Program-made: the position numbers and the translations under genes | The notes under the pieces: model-generated | What the model was told of the DNA's origin: nothing | Databases searched by the model: none | Seen by the model: the letters and a program-made list of their open reading frames with translations, nothing else | Part shown: positions 55,712 through 64,000 of the stretch, piece by piece | Layout: each line of letters starts with the position of its first letter | Numbering within the stretch: the stretch's first letter is position 1 | DNA from: a bacterium | Lineage (GTDB): Bacteria; Zhuqueibacterota; Zhuqueibacteria; Residuimicrobiales; Krinioviventaceae | Reading direction: 5' to 3' | DNA: 64,000 bases | NCBI GenBank assembly: GCA_963674595.2 | Contig: CAXXFV010000003.1 | Coordinates: forward strand, 256,001-320,000

Positions 55712-55745
55712 AAAAGCCTTTTCATAATTAATGAAAAGGCTTTTT
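55712..55745 (+). terminator. Terminator of the hexuronate operon
   Basis: AAAAGCCTTTTTCAT / ATGAAAAGGCTTTT inverted repeat with U-tract. Confidence 0.8.
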
Positions 55746-55827
55746 CATTTTAATAATCTTTGTAACTAGAGAAAATTTTGTTATATTTTCCATATATCAC
55801 AAAAATATAACTTTTTTAGGACTCATT

Positions 55828-56553
55828 ATGCAAGATACAATTCTTCCGATTACAGTAAAATCCTACGACTGTTCCCAGGACAAATACCTGACGTTCTATA
55901 ATCTTTTGCAGTACATGCAGGAAGCAGCCTATATCAATGCAAATATATTGGGACTTGGTTTTAAAGAACTCTTACAACAAAATAAATATTGGGTTTTGTC
56001 AAATATAAAACTCGAAATAAAAAAAATGCCGAAATGGGACGACGACATCAAGCTTCAAACCTGGTCCTGTGGCGCCAATAAACTTGTGGCTTTTAGGGAT
56101 TTTTTCATTAAAGACAACAATGACGATATTTTGATCAAAGCTGCCAGTGAATGGCTGACAATAGATGCAACAACACGCAGGCCTCGCCGTTTACAGGAAT
56201 TAAATCTTCCTATTATAACAAGCGACAAACGAGCCATTGATGAAAAACTGCAACGTATAAATCCTTCAACGCTGGAGAATTTGCAAAAAATTTATGAAAT
56301 ATCCGTTCCTTACAGTTCAATCGATGAAAACGGACATGTGAATAATGCGGAATATATTAAATGGGCATTTGACGCATTATATAACAAGCAGATAAAAACC
56401 GAAAACATCGAATCGATTCAAATATCCTATTTAAACGAATTATTAATCAATCAGACAATGGATATCTATTACACTCAGCAGGAAACCTCTGTTGTTCTGG
56501 TCGGGAAAAATGCTGATGACCAAGCCAATATTTTTGCTTTAAAAGTAAATTAA
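55828..56553 (+). CDS. Acyl-ACP thioesterase (double hot-dog fold)
   Basis: YMQEAA, WVLS, RDF, SEW..ID..TRRP, IDENGHVNNAEY. Confidence 0.88.
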   Translation: MQDTILPITVKSYDCSQDKYLTFYNLLQYMQEAAYINANILGLGFKELLQQNKYWVLSNIKLEIKKMPKWDDDIKLQTWSCGANKLVAFRDFFIKDNNDDILIKAASEWLTIDATTRRPRRLQELNLPIITSDKRAIDEKLQRINPSTLENLQKIYEISVPYSSIDENGHVNNAEYIKWAFDALYNKQIKTENIESIQISYLNELLINQTMDIYYTQQETSVVLVGKNADDQANIFALKVN

Positions 56554-56565
56554 AATAAACAGGGT

Positions 56566-58185
56566 ATGCTTCAAAACAGCTTTTTAAAAACTGTCTTTCT
56601 AATGCTCGTTTTTTCGGCCGGGATAATGCTGAGAATGTTGAATATTCAGGCAGATCCACCGGCCGGTGACATCTCTCGGTCCGGTTCCTTTCTTGGTGAT
56701 GAAGGTATTTATACACACAATGCACAGAACTTTTATCTAACGGGACACTGGTATCTTGAGGACAGTTTTAATGCGGCTGTAAACACGCCGTTTTATTTTC
56801 TGTATAACAGCTTTCTTTTTAAAAACTTTGGACAGAGTTTAAAAACTGCACGTATGGGCAGTATTATTACCAGCATTATTTTTATTCTTTGCCTGTTTCT
56901 GTTTGTCAAAAAAATTGAAAATTCTTTTTCATATCTCATACTTTTACTTTTTCTGTTAAATTTTCCACTTTATATCTATAGCAGACTCGCTTTAATGGAA
57001 AATATGCTGCTTCTCTTTAGCTGCATTGCAATACTGGTATTATTTTATTTACACCGGTCTGTTTGGTTCACCATTCTATTTTGGGTAGTGGTTATTACAG
57101 GATATTTGACAAAATCCCTGATTATTTTTCTCGTTCCTGTTTATTTTATCTATCTCTGGTTCGGCTCCATACCCAAAAAACGAAAACATCTATTCATGAC
57201 ATTTTTTGTAATATTGTTATTTATTCCATTGTATTATTTATTTTGGATTCATCCTTATGCAGCGGATTGGCATTATTTCGAACAACTCAATATCGCTTCT
57301 CGGATGTCGTTTTCCATTGTGGAGATTATAAAGAATGTCGCGAGATCAATTATACATTTAAAATTCTATGAATTTATGCCGGTCCTATATACAATCGGTT
57401 TGTATACATTATTTGCACCCGTTACTTTGAAATCCCCAAACATGAAAAAATTTATACTAATCAACCGGATTTGGTTTTTCACAGCATTTGTTTTTCTTGC
57501 CCTGTTCCCCTATTCTCCACCGAGATACTGGCTTGTTGCGATTCCACCTGTAATTATACTTGCTGTGTTGTTTTTACATCAATTCGCAGATCTTTATAGT
57601 AATAATTCAAAAAAAACAGTCTTTATTGTTGCGATGATCGCCCTTTTACAAATATTTTTTGGATTGTACAGGTTTTTCTTTTTAAACCAGCATTATATTA
57701 GTTGTTTTTTGCCGGTGTTAGCATTTTTGCCCCTCTATATCCTTTTTCAAAAAGATTTTTTGAAAAAGCCGGCTTTAAAAAAATTCATTCTAATCAGCGC
57801 TGTCATTCTAATTGCAGGTTTTCAAATTATCTATTATCAATCAACCGTAAAATATTCATTGTTTAATGCGATGAAATCGGTTGAAAATATTATTAAAAAC
57901 GATCCCCAATACCCCAATATTGTCATCGCAGGAGATAATGCATCTTTATTTTCACTTGAATTAAAAACGAAAGCAGTAGATACATTTTACAGACCCAATC
58001 TGTTATCAAAACGTTTTTTGAAAAACAAGCCCGATTATTTAATACTTGAAGATCCGTCGTCACTACCAGATATAAAAAATCGCCTGGGCAGTGATTCCTG
58101 CAAATTTCAAAAGCTGGCTTTATTCACAATTATGAAAAATTATAAACACGGCAAGAACACCCTGTTTTTTAAAATTGTCAATTAA
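56566..58185 (+). CDS. GT-C fold membrane glycosyltransferase (ArnT/PMT-like)
   Basis: DEGIY first-loop motif, YSRLALME, LTK, PPRY; many TM helices. Confidence 0.78.
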   Translation: MLQNSFLKTVFLMLVFSAGIMLRMLNIQADPPAGDISRSGSFLGDEGIYTHNAQNFYLTGHWYLEDSFNAAVNTPFYFLYNSFLFKNFGQSLKTARMGSIITSIIFILCLFLFVKKIENSFSYLILLLFLLNFPLYIYSRLALMENMLLLFSCIAILVLFYLHRSVWFTILFWVVVITGYLTKSLIIFLVPVYFIYLWFGSIPKKRKHLFMTFFVILLFIPLYYLFWIHPYAADWHYFEQLNIASRMSFSIVEIIKNVARSIIHLKFYEFMPVLYTIGLYTLFAPVTLKSPNMKKFILINRIWFFTAFVFLALFPYSPPRYWLVAIPPVIILAVLFLHQFADLYSNNSKKTVFIVAMIALLQIFFGLYRFFFLNQHYISCFLPVLAFLPLYILFQKDFLKKPALKKFILISAVILIAGFQIIYYQSTVKYSLFNAMKSVENIIKNDPQYPNIVIAGDNASLFSLELKTKAVDTFYRPNLLSKRFLKNKPDYLILEDPSSLPDIKNRLGSDSCKFQKLALFTIMKNYKHGKNTLFFKIVN

Positions 58186-58216
58186 AAAAAATGGCAACTC
58201 TTGAGAGTTGCCATTT
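58184..58216. terminator. Bidirectional terminator
   Basis: AAATGGCAACTC-TTGA-GAGTTGCCATTT; long U-tract on the minus strand. Confidence 0.85.
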
Positions 58217-58425
58217 CCTTACCCTTGAAAATTTTGGGATTAGTGAAGGCTTGAAATAATCGGTATTTATTTATAAAACACCTAAAGGAGGAGAGCTTTT
58301 CATTTTAAGAACGAATTTTGTGCAAATATCAAATTACATGCTTGTAAATATCAAAAAAAATATGGAAAGGAGCCGCCATATCAACGGCTCCTACCTTGAC
58401 TCAGGTAACGATAATAATTTTGCGC

Positions 58426-58515
58426 TCAATTAAAATACGAACCTGAAATCCTTCTGCAAAATCTCTTCTCAAACAATATGCACAGCTTTTTAAATTGTTC
58501 AAGGTGATTTTGCAT
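58426..58515 (-). CDS. Candidate small protein, 29 aa (MQNHLEQFKKLCILFEKRFCRRISGSYFN)
   Basis: ATG preceded by GGGAGGCCATAAGGAGAA; lies downstream of a promoter-like sequence and an operator-like palindrome. Confidence 0.35.
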   Translation of the reverse strand: MQNHLEQFKKLCILFEKRFCRRISGSYFN

Positions 58516-58552
58516 TTCTCCTTATGGCCTCCCGCCTAGAATTCTATTTTTA

Positions 58553-58621
58553 ATATCGTTTGCATTAACGATATACCTAAACCGTTTTAGTAAATTAACA
58601 AAAAATTTTTCTCAAGGTCAA
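58553..58621 (-). promoter_or_regulatory. Promoter with LacI-type operator downstream of the orphan lacI gene
   Basis: TTGACC-18-TAATTT with TGn; CTAAACCGTTTTAG at 58577-58590; ATATCGTT-6-AACGATAT at 58553-58574. Confidence 0.5.
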
Positions 58622-58666
58622 GTAAAAAATGAAAAAAATTTTATTTATTTTTAAATAGTAACAAAC

Positions 58667-59746
58667 TTAGGGGGCTTGACAGGAATTTCTCATAACCAAT
58701 TCCGGTTTCAGGTAGATTTTATCAGATAAATCAGACAAATCCTTTTTTTCAATCTTGTCAATAAGTAACTGAGCCGCCTGAGATCCAATCCGGTCAAGCG
58801 GTTCCCGAACGGTTGTTAATGAAGGTCTGGAATATTCAGCTAAAACGACATCCCCAAATCCGATAACAGACATATCATTTGGGACTTTAATTTTGTTTGC
58901 AGAAAGTATATTAATAACATTTATAGCCATTGGATCATCGAGAACAAACAAAGCCGTGGGACGCTCCTGCAAGGCCAAAATTCGTTTAACCAAATCTTGA
59001 TCAATGTTTGGATGTATATCATTGAATAATATTGCTTCCTCCGGTAATTCAATTCCATGGGATTTTAACGCCTTTAGAGCGCCTTGCAATCGTTCTCGAC
59101 TACTGAACGATTTCAATCCCCGTGCGATAATTGCAATTTTACGATGCCCAAGAGACACTAAATAGTCAATAGCTAATTTAGCGCCGGAAATGTTATCCGT
59201 ACCGACAATCGGTCCTTCCACATTCATGGCTTGACGCCAAATATTAACAAATTCCATTTTTCGTTCTTTAAGTTCCCGGACTTTTTGTGCTAATTTTTCA
59301 TCAAGATAATCGGCAGTAAATATCACAACACCATCAACATGGCGCTCGGAAATTAAATGCGCATACGAATCGGATAAACGCGGATCTGTGATAATTTCCT
59401 CATTAAATATCATCAGGTTGTATGATTTTTTTTGTGCCATTTCAACAATCCCCTTCATGACGCCAAAGGAATAGGCACTGTCGAACAAATCAACGGCACT
59501 GGGTGTAATTATTCCGATGGCAAAGGCACGGTTCAGGGAAAAAGCTCTTGCCAGCCTGTTCGGCACATAATTTAATTCTTTGGCAGCAGCAATGACCCGT
59601 TCACGAGTGGCTTCACTTATCCGTATAGGACTTTTTCGCTGGTTAAGAATGATAGAGACGGTTGCTTTACTGACGTTCGCTTTTTCAGCAATATCAGCCA
59701 GGGTTGGCAGAATACCATGGCCTTCATTTTTTCTGTTATTTCTCAT
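58667..59746 (-). CDS. LacI family transcriptional regulator (orphan)
   Basis: TLADIAEKANVSKATVS, YVPNRLAR, SVIGFGD, PSLTTV, LVMRNSC. Confidence 0.95.
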   Translation of the reverse strand: MRNNRKNEGHGILPTLADIAEKANVSKATVSIILNQRKSPIRISEATRERVIAAAKELNYVPNRLARAFSLNRAFAIGIITPSAVDLFDSAYSFGVMKGIVEMAQKKSYNLMIFNEEIITDPRLSDSYAHLISERHVDGVVIFTADYLDEKLAQKVRELKERKMEFVNIWRQAMNVEGPIVGTDNISGAKLAIDYLVSLGHRKIAIIARGLKSFSSRERLQGALKALKSHGIELPEEAILFNDIHPNIDQDLVKRILALQERPTALFVLDDPMAINVINILSANKIKVPNDMSVIGFGDVVLAEYSRPSLTTVREPLDRIGSQAAQLLIDKIEKKDLSDLSDKIYLKPELVMRNSCQAP

Positions 59747-60049
59747 TTCCCTCCTGCTACTTAAGAATTCATATACCTCCTATATTGGTGATACTTTTTT
59801 TTCACAATACAGGTCATATCTATTTATTCTCAGCATGAATTAAAATAACGTTAATTAAAGCACAAAAACAAGAGTTTCTGTTTTGCCGTACTATGTAAAA
59901 CGTCAAGTAACTAAATTTAATTAAAAAAATTAAATTGAATAATTCAATCTTTTTTTAAAATAGTTACTGAAAATATCATTCATGACGAAACGTGCATCCG
60001 CGGACGCGAAATAGTTATTAATTATAGTATTTTTTTTATAAATTATCGA

Positions 60050-61879
60050 ATGGACAATGATAAACAAAAAATAGAACTTTTGGCGCCTGCCAAAGATCTG
60101 GATACCGGCATAGCAGCCATTAATTGCGGAGCAGATGCTGTTTATGTCGGTGCACCACAATTTAGTGCACGTGAGAAGGCCGGTAATTCCATTGAAAATA
60201 TCGAAAAACTGGTAAACTATGCGCATCAATATTACGCCAGGGTATACATAACACTTAATACGATCCTTAATGACAGCGAGTTACTACAGGCGGTTCAGCT
60301 TGTACATAATTTGTATAATATTGGGGTTGATGCGATAATTATTCAAGATATGGGATTTTTGGAGCATAATTTACCACCAATTCCCTTATTTGCCAGCACT
60401 CAAACACACAATATATCAGCAGAAAAAATTTCCTTTCTGCACAAAGTCGGTTTTCAGCGTGTCATTCTGGGCCGTGAGTTAAGCCTTGAGGAAATTAAAA
60501 ACATCCATTCCATAACAGACATTGAGCTGGAGTGTTTTGTCCACGGTGCAGTGTGCGTCTCCTACAGCGGTCAATGTTACATGAGTTACGCAATCGGCGG
60601 TCGCAGCGGCAATCGCGGACAATGCGCTCAACCCTGCCGTAAAAAATACAGTTTACGCGACAGCACCGGTCAAATACTCGTAAATAACAGTCATCTGTTA
60701 TCGCTGAAAGATATGAACCGGTCCAATCACCTGCGAGAGCTTGTTGACTCCGGTATCACTTCGTTTAAAATTGAAGGGCGCCTGAAAGATAAACAATATG
60801 TGATGAATATCGTCAGTTTTTACCGCAACGAGTTGGATAAAATATTACACCAAATCGGAAAAGAAAAAAGTTCTTCAGGCATATCACATCCTGATTTCAG
60901 GGCACACCCGGATAAAACATTTAACCGTCAGTATTCGGACTATTTTCTAAACGGCCGGACAAAATCACTTGCCAATTTCAGTACACCAAAATCCATGGGA
61001 GAAAAAATAGGTACGGTAAAAGGCATCACTAAAGAATATTTTACCTTAAAAGAAAAGCACGATCTGGACAAGGGAGATGGCATTTGTTTTATTGATTCCA
61101 GTGGAGACCTCTGCGGCACGACCATCAATAAAATCGACGGTGAAAAGGTGTTTCCGCAAAAAATATCAGAACTGGCACAAAATCTGACAATTTACCGAAA
61201 CTATAACCATGAGTTCGCCACACAACTTGGAAAAAGTCGTACCATCAGAAAAATTTCTACCACTTTATACTGTGAAATAAATGAAAAAAATATAATTTTT
61301 AAAGCCCGGGATGAGGATAATAATCAGGTATCGCTGACTTTTAAGAACAATTTCGAAACCGCCAAAAATCAACAGGGCGTTTTGGATACAATTAGAAAAC
61401 AATTTTTAAAATCCGGAAATACAATTTTTGAAACAACAATAGAAATAACAGCAACTCCCCCCTATCCGTTCATCCCTGTTAAAATTTTAAACGATATGAG
61501 ACGTTCACTGTTGGAGGAGCTGTTAAAAACAAGGATGGAAAGCTATTCGCAGCAAATCCGAATTAAAAAAACGATGCCTGTTGATTATCCGGAGAAAAAT
61601 TTATCCTACCGTGCAAATATTTTTAATGAAAAAGCCAAAGCTTTTTATAAAAATCATGGTGTGCAAAATATTGAACCGGCAGCAGAAACAGGCTTGTTAT
61701 TAAATGGCAAAAAGGTCATGACCACAAAATATTGCTTACGTTATGAACTGGGACTATGTGGTCAAAAACTAAATGAACCGTTATATCTGGTTGATGAAAA
61801 AGGACAACCTTTTGAGTTGTCCTTTGACTGTAAAAAATGCGAAATGAATATTTACTTTGGCGATAAAAACGACTCATGA
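60050..61879 (+). CDS. Peptidase U32 family protein, RlhA-like (23S rRNA hydroxylation)
   Basis: ELLAPA, GADAVYVG, FASTQ, VHGAVCVSYSGQC, RSGNRGQCAQPCR, FKIEGRLK; C-terminal MTTKYCL...C...C. Confidence 0.88.
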   Translation: MDNDKQKIELLAPAKDLDTGIAAINCGADAVYVGAPQFSAREKAGNSIENIEKLVNYAHQYYARVYITLNTILNDSELLQAVQLVHNLYNIGVDAIIIQDMGFLEHNLPPIPLFASTQTHNISAEKISFLHKVGFQRVILGRELSLEEIKNIHSITDIELECFVHGAVCVSYSGQCYMSYAIGGRSGNRGQCAQPCRKKYSLRDSTGQILVNNSHLLSLKDMNRSNHLRELVDSGITSFKIEGRLKDKQYVMNIVSFYRNELDKILHQIGKEKSSSGISHPDFRAHPDKTFNRQYSDYFLNGRTKSLANFSTPKSMGEKIGTVKGITKEYFTLKEKHDLDKGDGICFIDSSGDLCGTTINKIDGEKVFPQKISELAQNLTIYRNYNHEFATQLGKSRTIRKISTTLYCEINEKNIIFKARDEDNNQVSLTFKNNFETAKNQQGVLDTIRKQFLKSGNTIFETTIEITATPPYPFIPVKILNDMRRSLLEELLKTRMESYSQQIRIKKTMPVDYPEKNLSYRANIFNEKAKAFYKNHGVQNIEPAAETGLLLNGKKVMTTKYCLRYELGLCGQKLNEPLYLVDEKGQPFELSFDCKKCEMNIYFGDKNDS

Positions 61880-61889
61880 CATAAAACAA

Positions 61890-63338
61890 TCATGACCAGG
61901 TTATAATCGCGCCTGCTTTTTCCAATTCATTTTTCAACTCAGTAATATTGACCTGAGAAAATCCAATATTTTTAGAAATAACCTGCGCAGCCGCTTTGCC
62001 GGCCGCCTCGCCCATGGCCATACAAGGCGCCATGACACGAAGAGGTCCCATGACCGGACGTTCAACACTGACAGCCCGCCCCGGACAGATTAAATTTTTT
62101 ACAGGCTGGGGGACCAGAATTCGATAAGGAATCGACGTCACCTCTTTTCTTTGCCCATGTTCCGGATTCACGCTGGGCTTTTTGGGGTCCGGCAGGTCCC
62201 AGCAGTAAGCAGAAAAACCGATGGTATCTTTAAACTCTTTACCCGTGTTTAAATCTTTTACTGTCAATATATAATTTCCAATAATACGCCGGGTTTCACG
62301 AACACCCAGCACAGGGGCTACAGCTCTGATTTTAGCGTTTTTGAATCCGGGAAAATGTTTTTTCATTTTTTCCAAAAGCAGAAATGTTTCTTCCCGCCCC
62401 TTAACCAGGGCTTCCGAAACAGACCGGCCGTCAGTACCATCCACACCGACAAGCCTGGACGTATTGATCATCATCGTACCTTTTTCATGCAGTTGGACAC
62501 TGATAAAAATGTCATAAGGAAAAGGCCATTCACCCATTTTACGCAACTGTTTAATTTTTTCCCGAAATCGCCGGGAATTATTTTCATGGATATAATCGGA
62601 TAGCGCATCCTGATCAACATTGTATACGTGAAATTGCAACGTAGCCGCCGCCATTAAATGGTCCTCATCACGTCCCTTGACGTATTGACAATTGCTTTTG
62701 GCTGCAATATCGCCATCGCCGGTCGCATCGATAAAAGCATCAGCCGGTACAGCGGCAAAACCGCTTTTGTTATAAATTATAACATATTTAATAAGGTCAT
62801 TTTCCAAAACGACATCAACAACATTTGTGGATAATAGAAAGTCAATTTTTTCGTTATTAATTTTTTCATCTAAAAACCTGGCCATTGCAAAAGGATCGAA
62901 CGGCACCCCGGCTGTCAGTTGACCGGCATGGCTCCATCCATGGGCTGAAAGTCTGCCGTTTTTTAAAGGTTTTGGTAATAATGCAATTTTAGCGTCCGCT
63001 GCTTCGGTGGCCATTTCTTTAAAAATTCCGCCTACCACCCATCGTTGACAGTCATCCGTCCTGCCGCCCAGCCAATGGGAAACAAGTGCAGAAACACCCA
63101 CACCGCCAAATTGCCCCTGAGCCTCAACCAGCAAAACGTTTAAACCGCTTCTCTTTGCCGAAATGGCAGCCGCAACCCCGGATGGTCCGGCGCCGCAAAC
63201 AACGACATCATATTTTTCGGAAACAGGAACATTCCTTTGAAAATTCAATCCATTGGATGATTTTGAACGGGAACATGAATTAAAAGTGAGTAAACTTCCA
63301 ACTCCGGCAGATGCATATAAAAACTGTCTTCGATTCAT
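61890..63338 (-). CDS. Tat-exported FAD-dependent oxidoreductase (probable lipoprotein)
   Basis: MNRRQFL twin-arginine signal at 63338; YDVVVCGAGPSG, FIDATGDGD, GVRETRRI, IPYRIL, RVMAPCMAMGEAAG. Confidence 0.85.
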   Translation of the reverse strand: MNRRQFLYASAGVGSLLTFNSCSRSKSSNGLNFQRNVPVSEKYDVVVCGAGPSGVAAAISAKRSGLNVLLVEAQGQFGGVGVSALVSHWLGGRTDDCQRWVVGGIFKEMATEAADAKIALLPKPLKNGRLSAHGWSHAGQLTAGVPFDPFAMARFLDEKINNEKIDFLLSTNVVDVVLENDLIKYVIIYNKSGFAAVPADAFIDATGDGDIAAKSNCQYVKGRDEDHLMAAATLQFHVYNVDQDALSDYIHENNSRRFREKIKQLRKMGEWPFPYDIFISVQLHEKGTMMINTSRLVGVDGTDGRSVSEALVKGREETFLLLEKMKKHFPGFKNAKIRAVAPVLGVRETRRIIGNYILTVKDLNTGKEFKDTIGFSAYCWDLPDPKKPSVNPEHGQRKEVTSIPYRILVPQPVKNLICPGRAVSVERPVMGPLRVMAPCMAMGEAAGKAAAQVISKNIGFSQVNITELKNELEKAGAIITWS

Positions 63339-63499
63339 TTCACACTTTCCGTTATTTTTTTCTTTTATTACATTAATTTTTATATCTTTTAAGTTAAAAA
63401 AAATATCAAACAATACCAGCAAAATTTGAAACACTTTTACAACTCATACGTACTCATACAATTCGGTGAATAAATAAAAATATTATATAGAGGAGTTTT

Positions 63500-64000
63500 A
63501 TGAAAAATTTTATCAGGATTGTGCTGTTATTTCTTCCGCTATTTACCTTTACAAATGCCATGACAGCACCATTCGGCTCAATTAACGGATATGTTTATGA
63601 TAAAAGTGATGGCGAATGTTTAATCGGTGCTAATGTTTTCCTTCAGGGAACTAATATAGGTTCAGGCACAAATCTTAACGGTTACTTTTCAATACCGAAA
63701 ATCCCGGCCGGACAATATACGCTCGTTTGCCATTATATCGGATATAAAAAATATACATATGATCTGAAAATCACACCCAATTCAACATTAAAACTTGATA
63801 TTTTTTTAGATATGGAAGCAGTACAGGCCCAGGAAATTGTTGTAACAGCAGACTCTGTGCGAACAAGTAAAAAATTATTTAACAAATCTATTTCACAAAT
63901 CGACATTGGACCGAGACAAATCAAACAGGCGCCCCAGGTTGTTGAATCTGATCTTTTACGCTCTTTACAAACGCTGCCGGGGATTTTACCTATCTCAGAT
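63500..64000 (+). CDS. TonB-dependent receptor with N-terminal carboxypeptidase-regulatory-like domain, 3'-truncated
   Basis: RBS GAGGAG; MKNFIRIVLL..., GYVYDKSDGECLIGANV, TNLNGYFSI, HYIGY, EIVVTA, ESDLLRSLQTLPG; open to the window end (absent from the ORF track). Confidence 0.88.
   Translation, partial: MKNFIRIVLLFLPLFTFTNAMTAPFGSINGYVYDKSDGECLIGANVFLQGTNIGSGTNLNGYFSIPKIPAGQYTLVCHYIGYKKYTYDLKITPNSTLKLDIFLDMEAVQAQEIVVTADSVRTSKKLFNKSISQIDIGPRQIKQAPQVVESDLLRSLQTLPGILPISD

Overview
AT-rich chromosomal window from a diderm bacterium. TonB-dependent receptors, FecR/ECF pairs, a GWxTD protein and carboxypeptidase-regulatory domains suggest an FCB-adjacent lineage such as KSB1/Calditrichota; this is inference, and the 16S gene in the window would settle it. 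From left to right it holds: P5C dehydrogenase; an ECF sigma/zinc-finger anti-sigma/Spy-like envelope-stress operon; a GWxTD protein; a FecI/FecR pair whose third gene is a barrel-less STN+TonB_C protein; a NikR operon (TonB receptor, lone ECF S component, methyltransferase) with a clear operator; a MltD-NamZ-MEMO operon; two-component genes; a complete rRNA operon (16S-tRNAIle-tRNAAla-23S-5S) behind six tandem sigma70-type promoters; tyrS, smpB and tRNA-Leu; a short frameshifted rho; secreted hydrolases; an 11-gene LacI-controlled hexuronate cluster (TRAP, UxaE, UxuB-like SDR, Gnd, second SDR, LarA-family epimerase, PPi-type PFK homologue, HAD); an orphan LacI; a U32 protein; a Tat-exported FAD oxidoreductase; and a partial TonB receptor. 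The best candidates for something new are: (1) a hexuronate-to-pentose-phosphate route with a Ni-pincer epimerase, where a PPi-signature PFK homologue may replace gluconate kinase; (2) a possible split cell-surface-signalling system beside a NikR-regulated importer; (3) an unannotated ~180-nt RNA with twin CCCCCCUA loops; (4) a LacI-operator-bearing sRNA/small-peptide locus. Three +1 homopolymer frameshifts within 6 kb are most likely assembly errors. I saw no CRISPR array, integrase or transposase.
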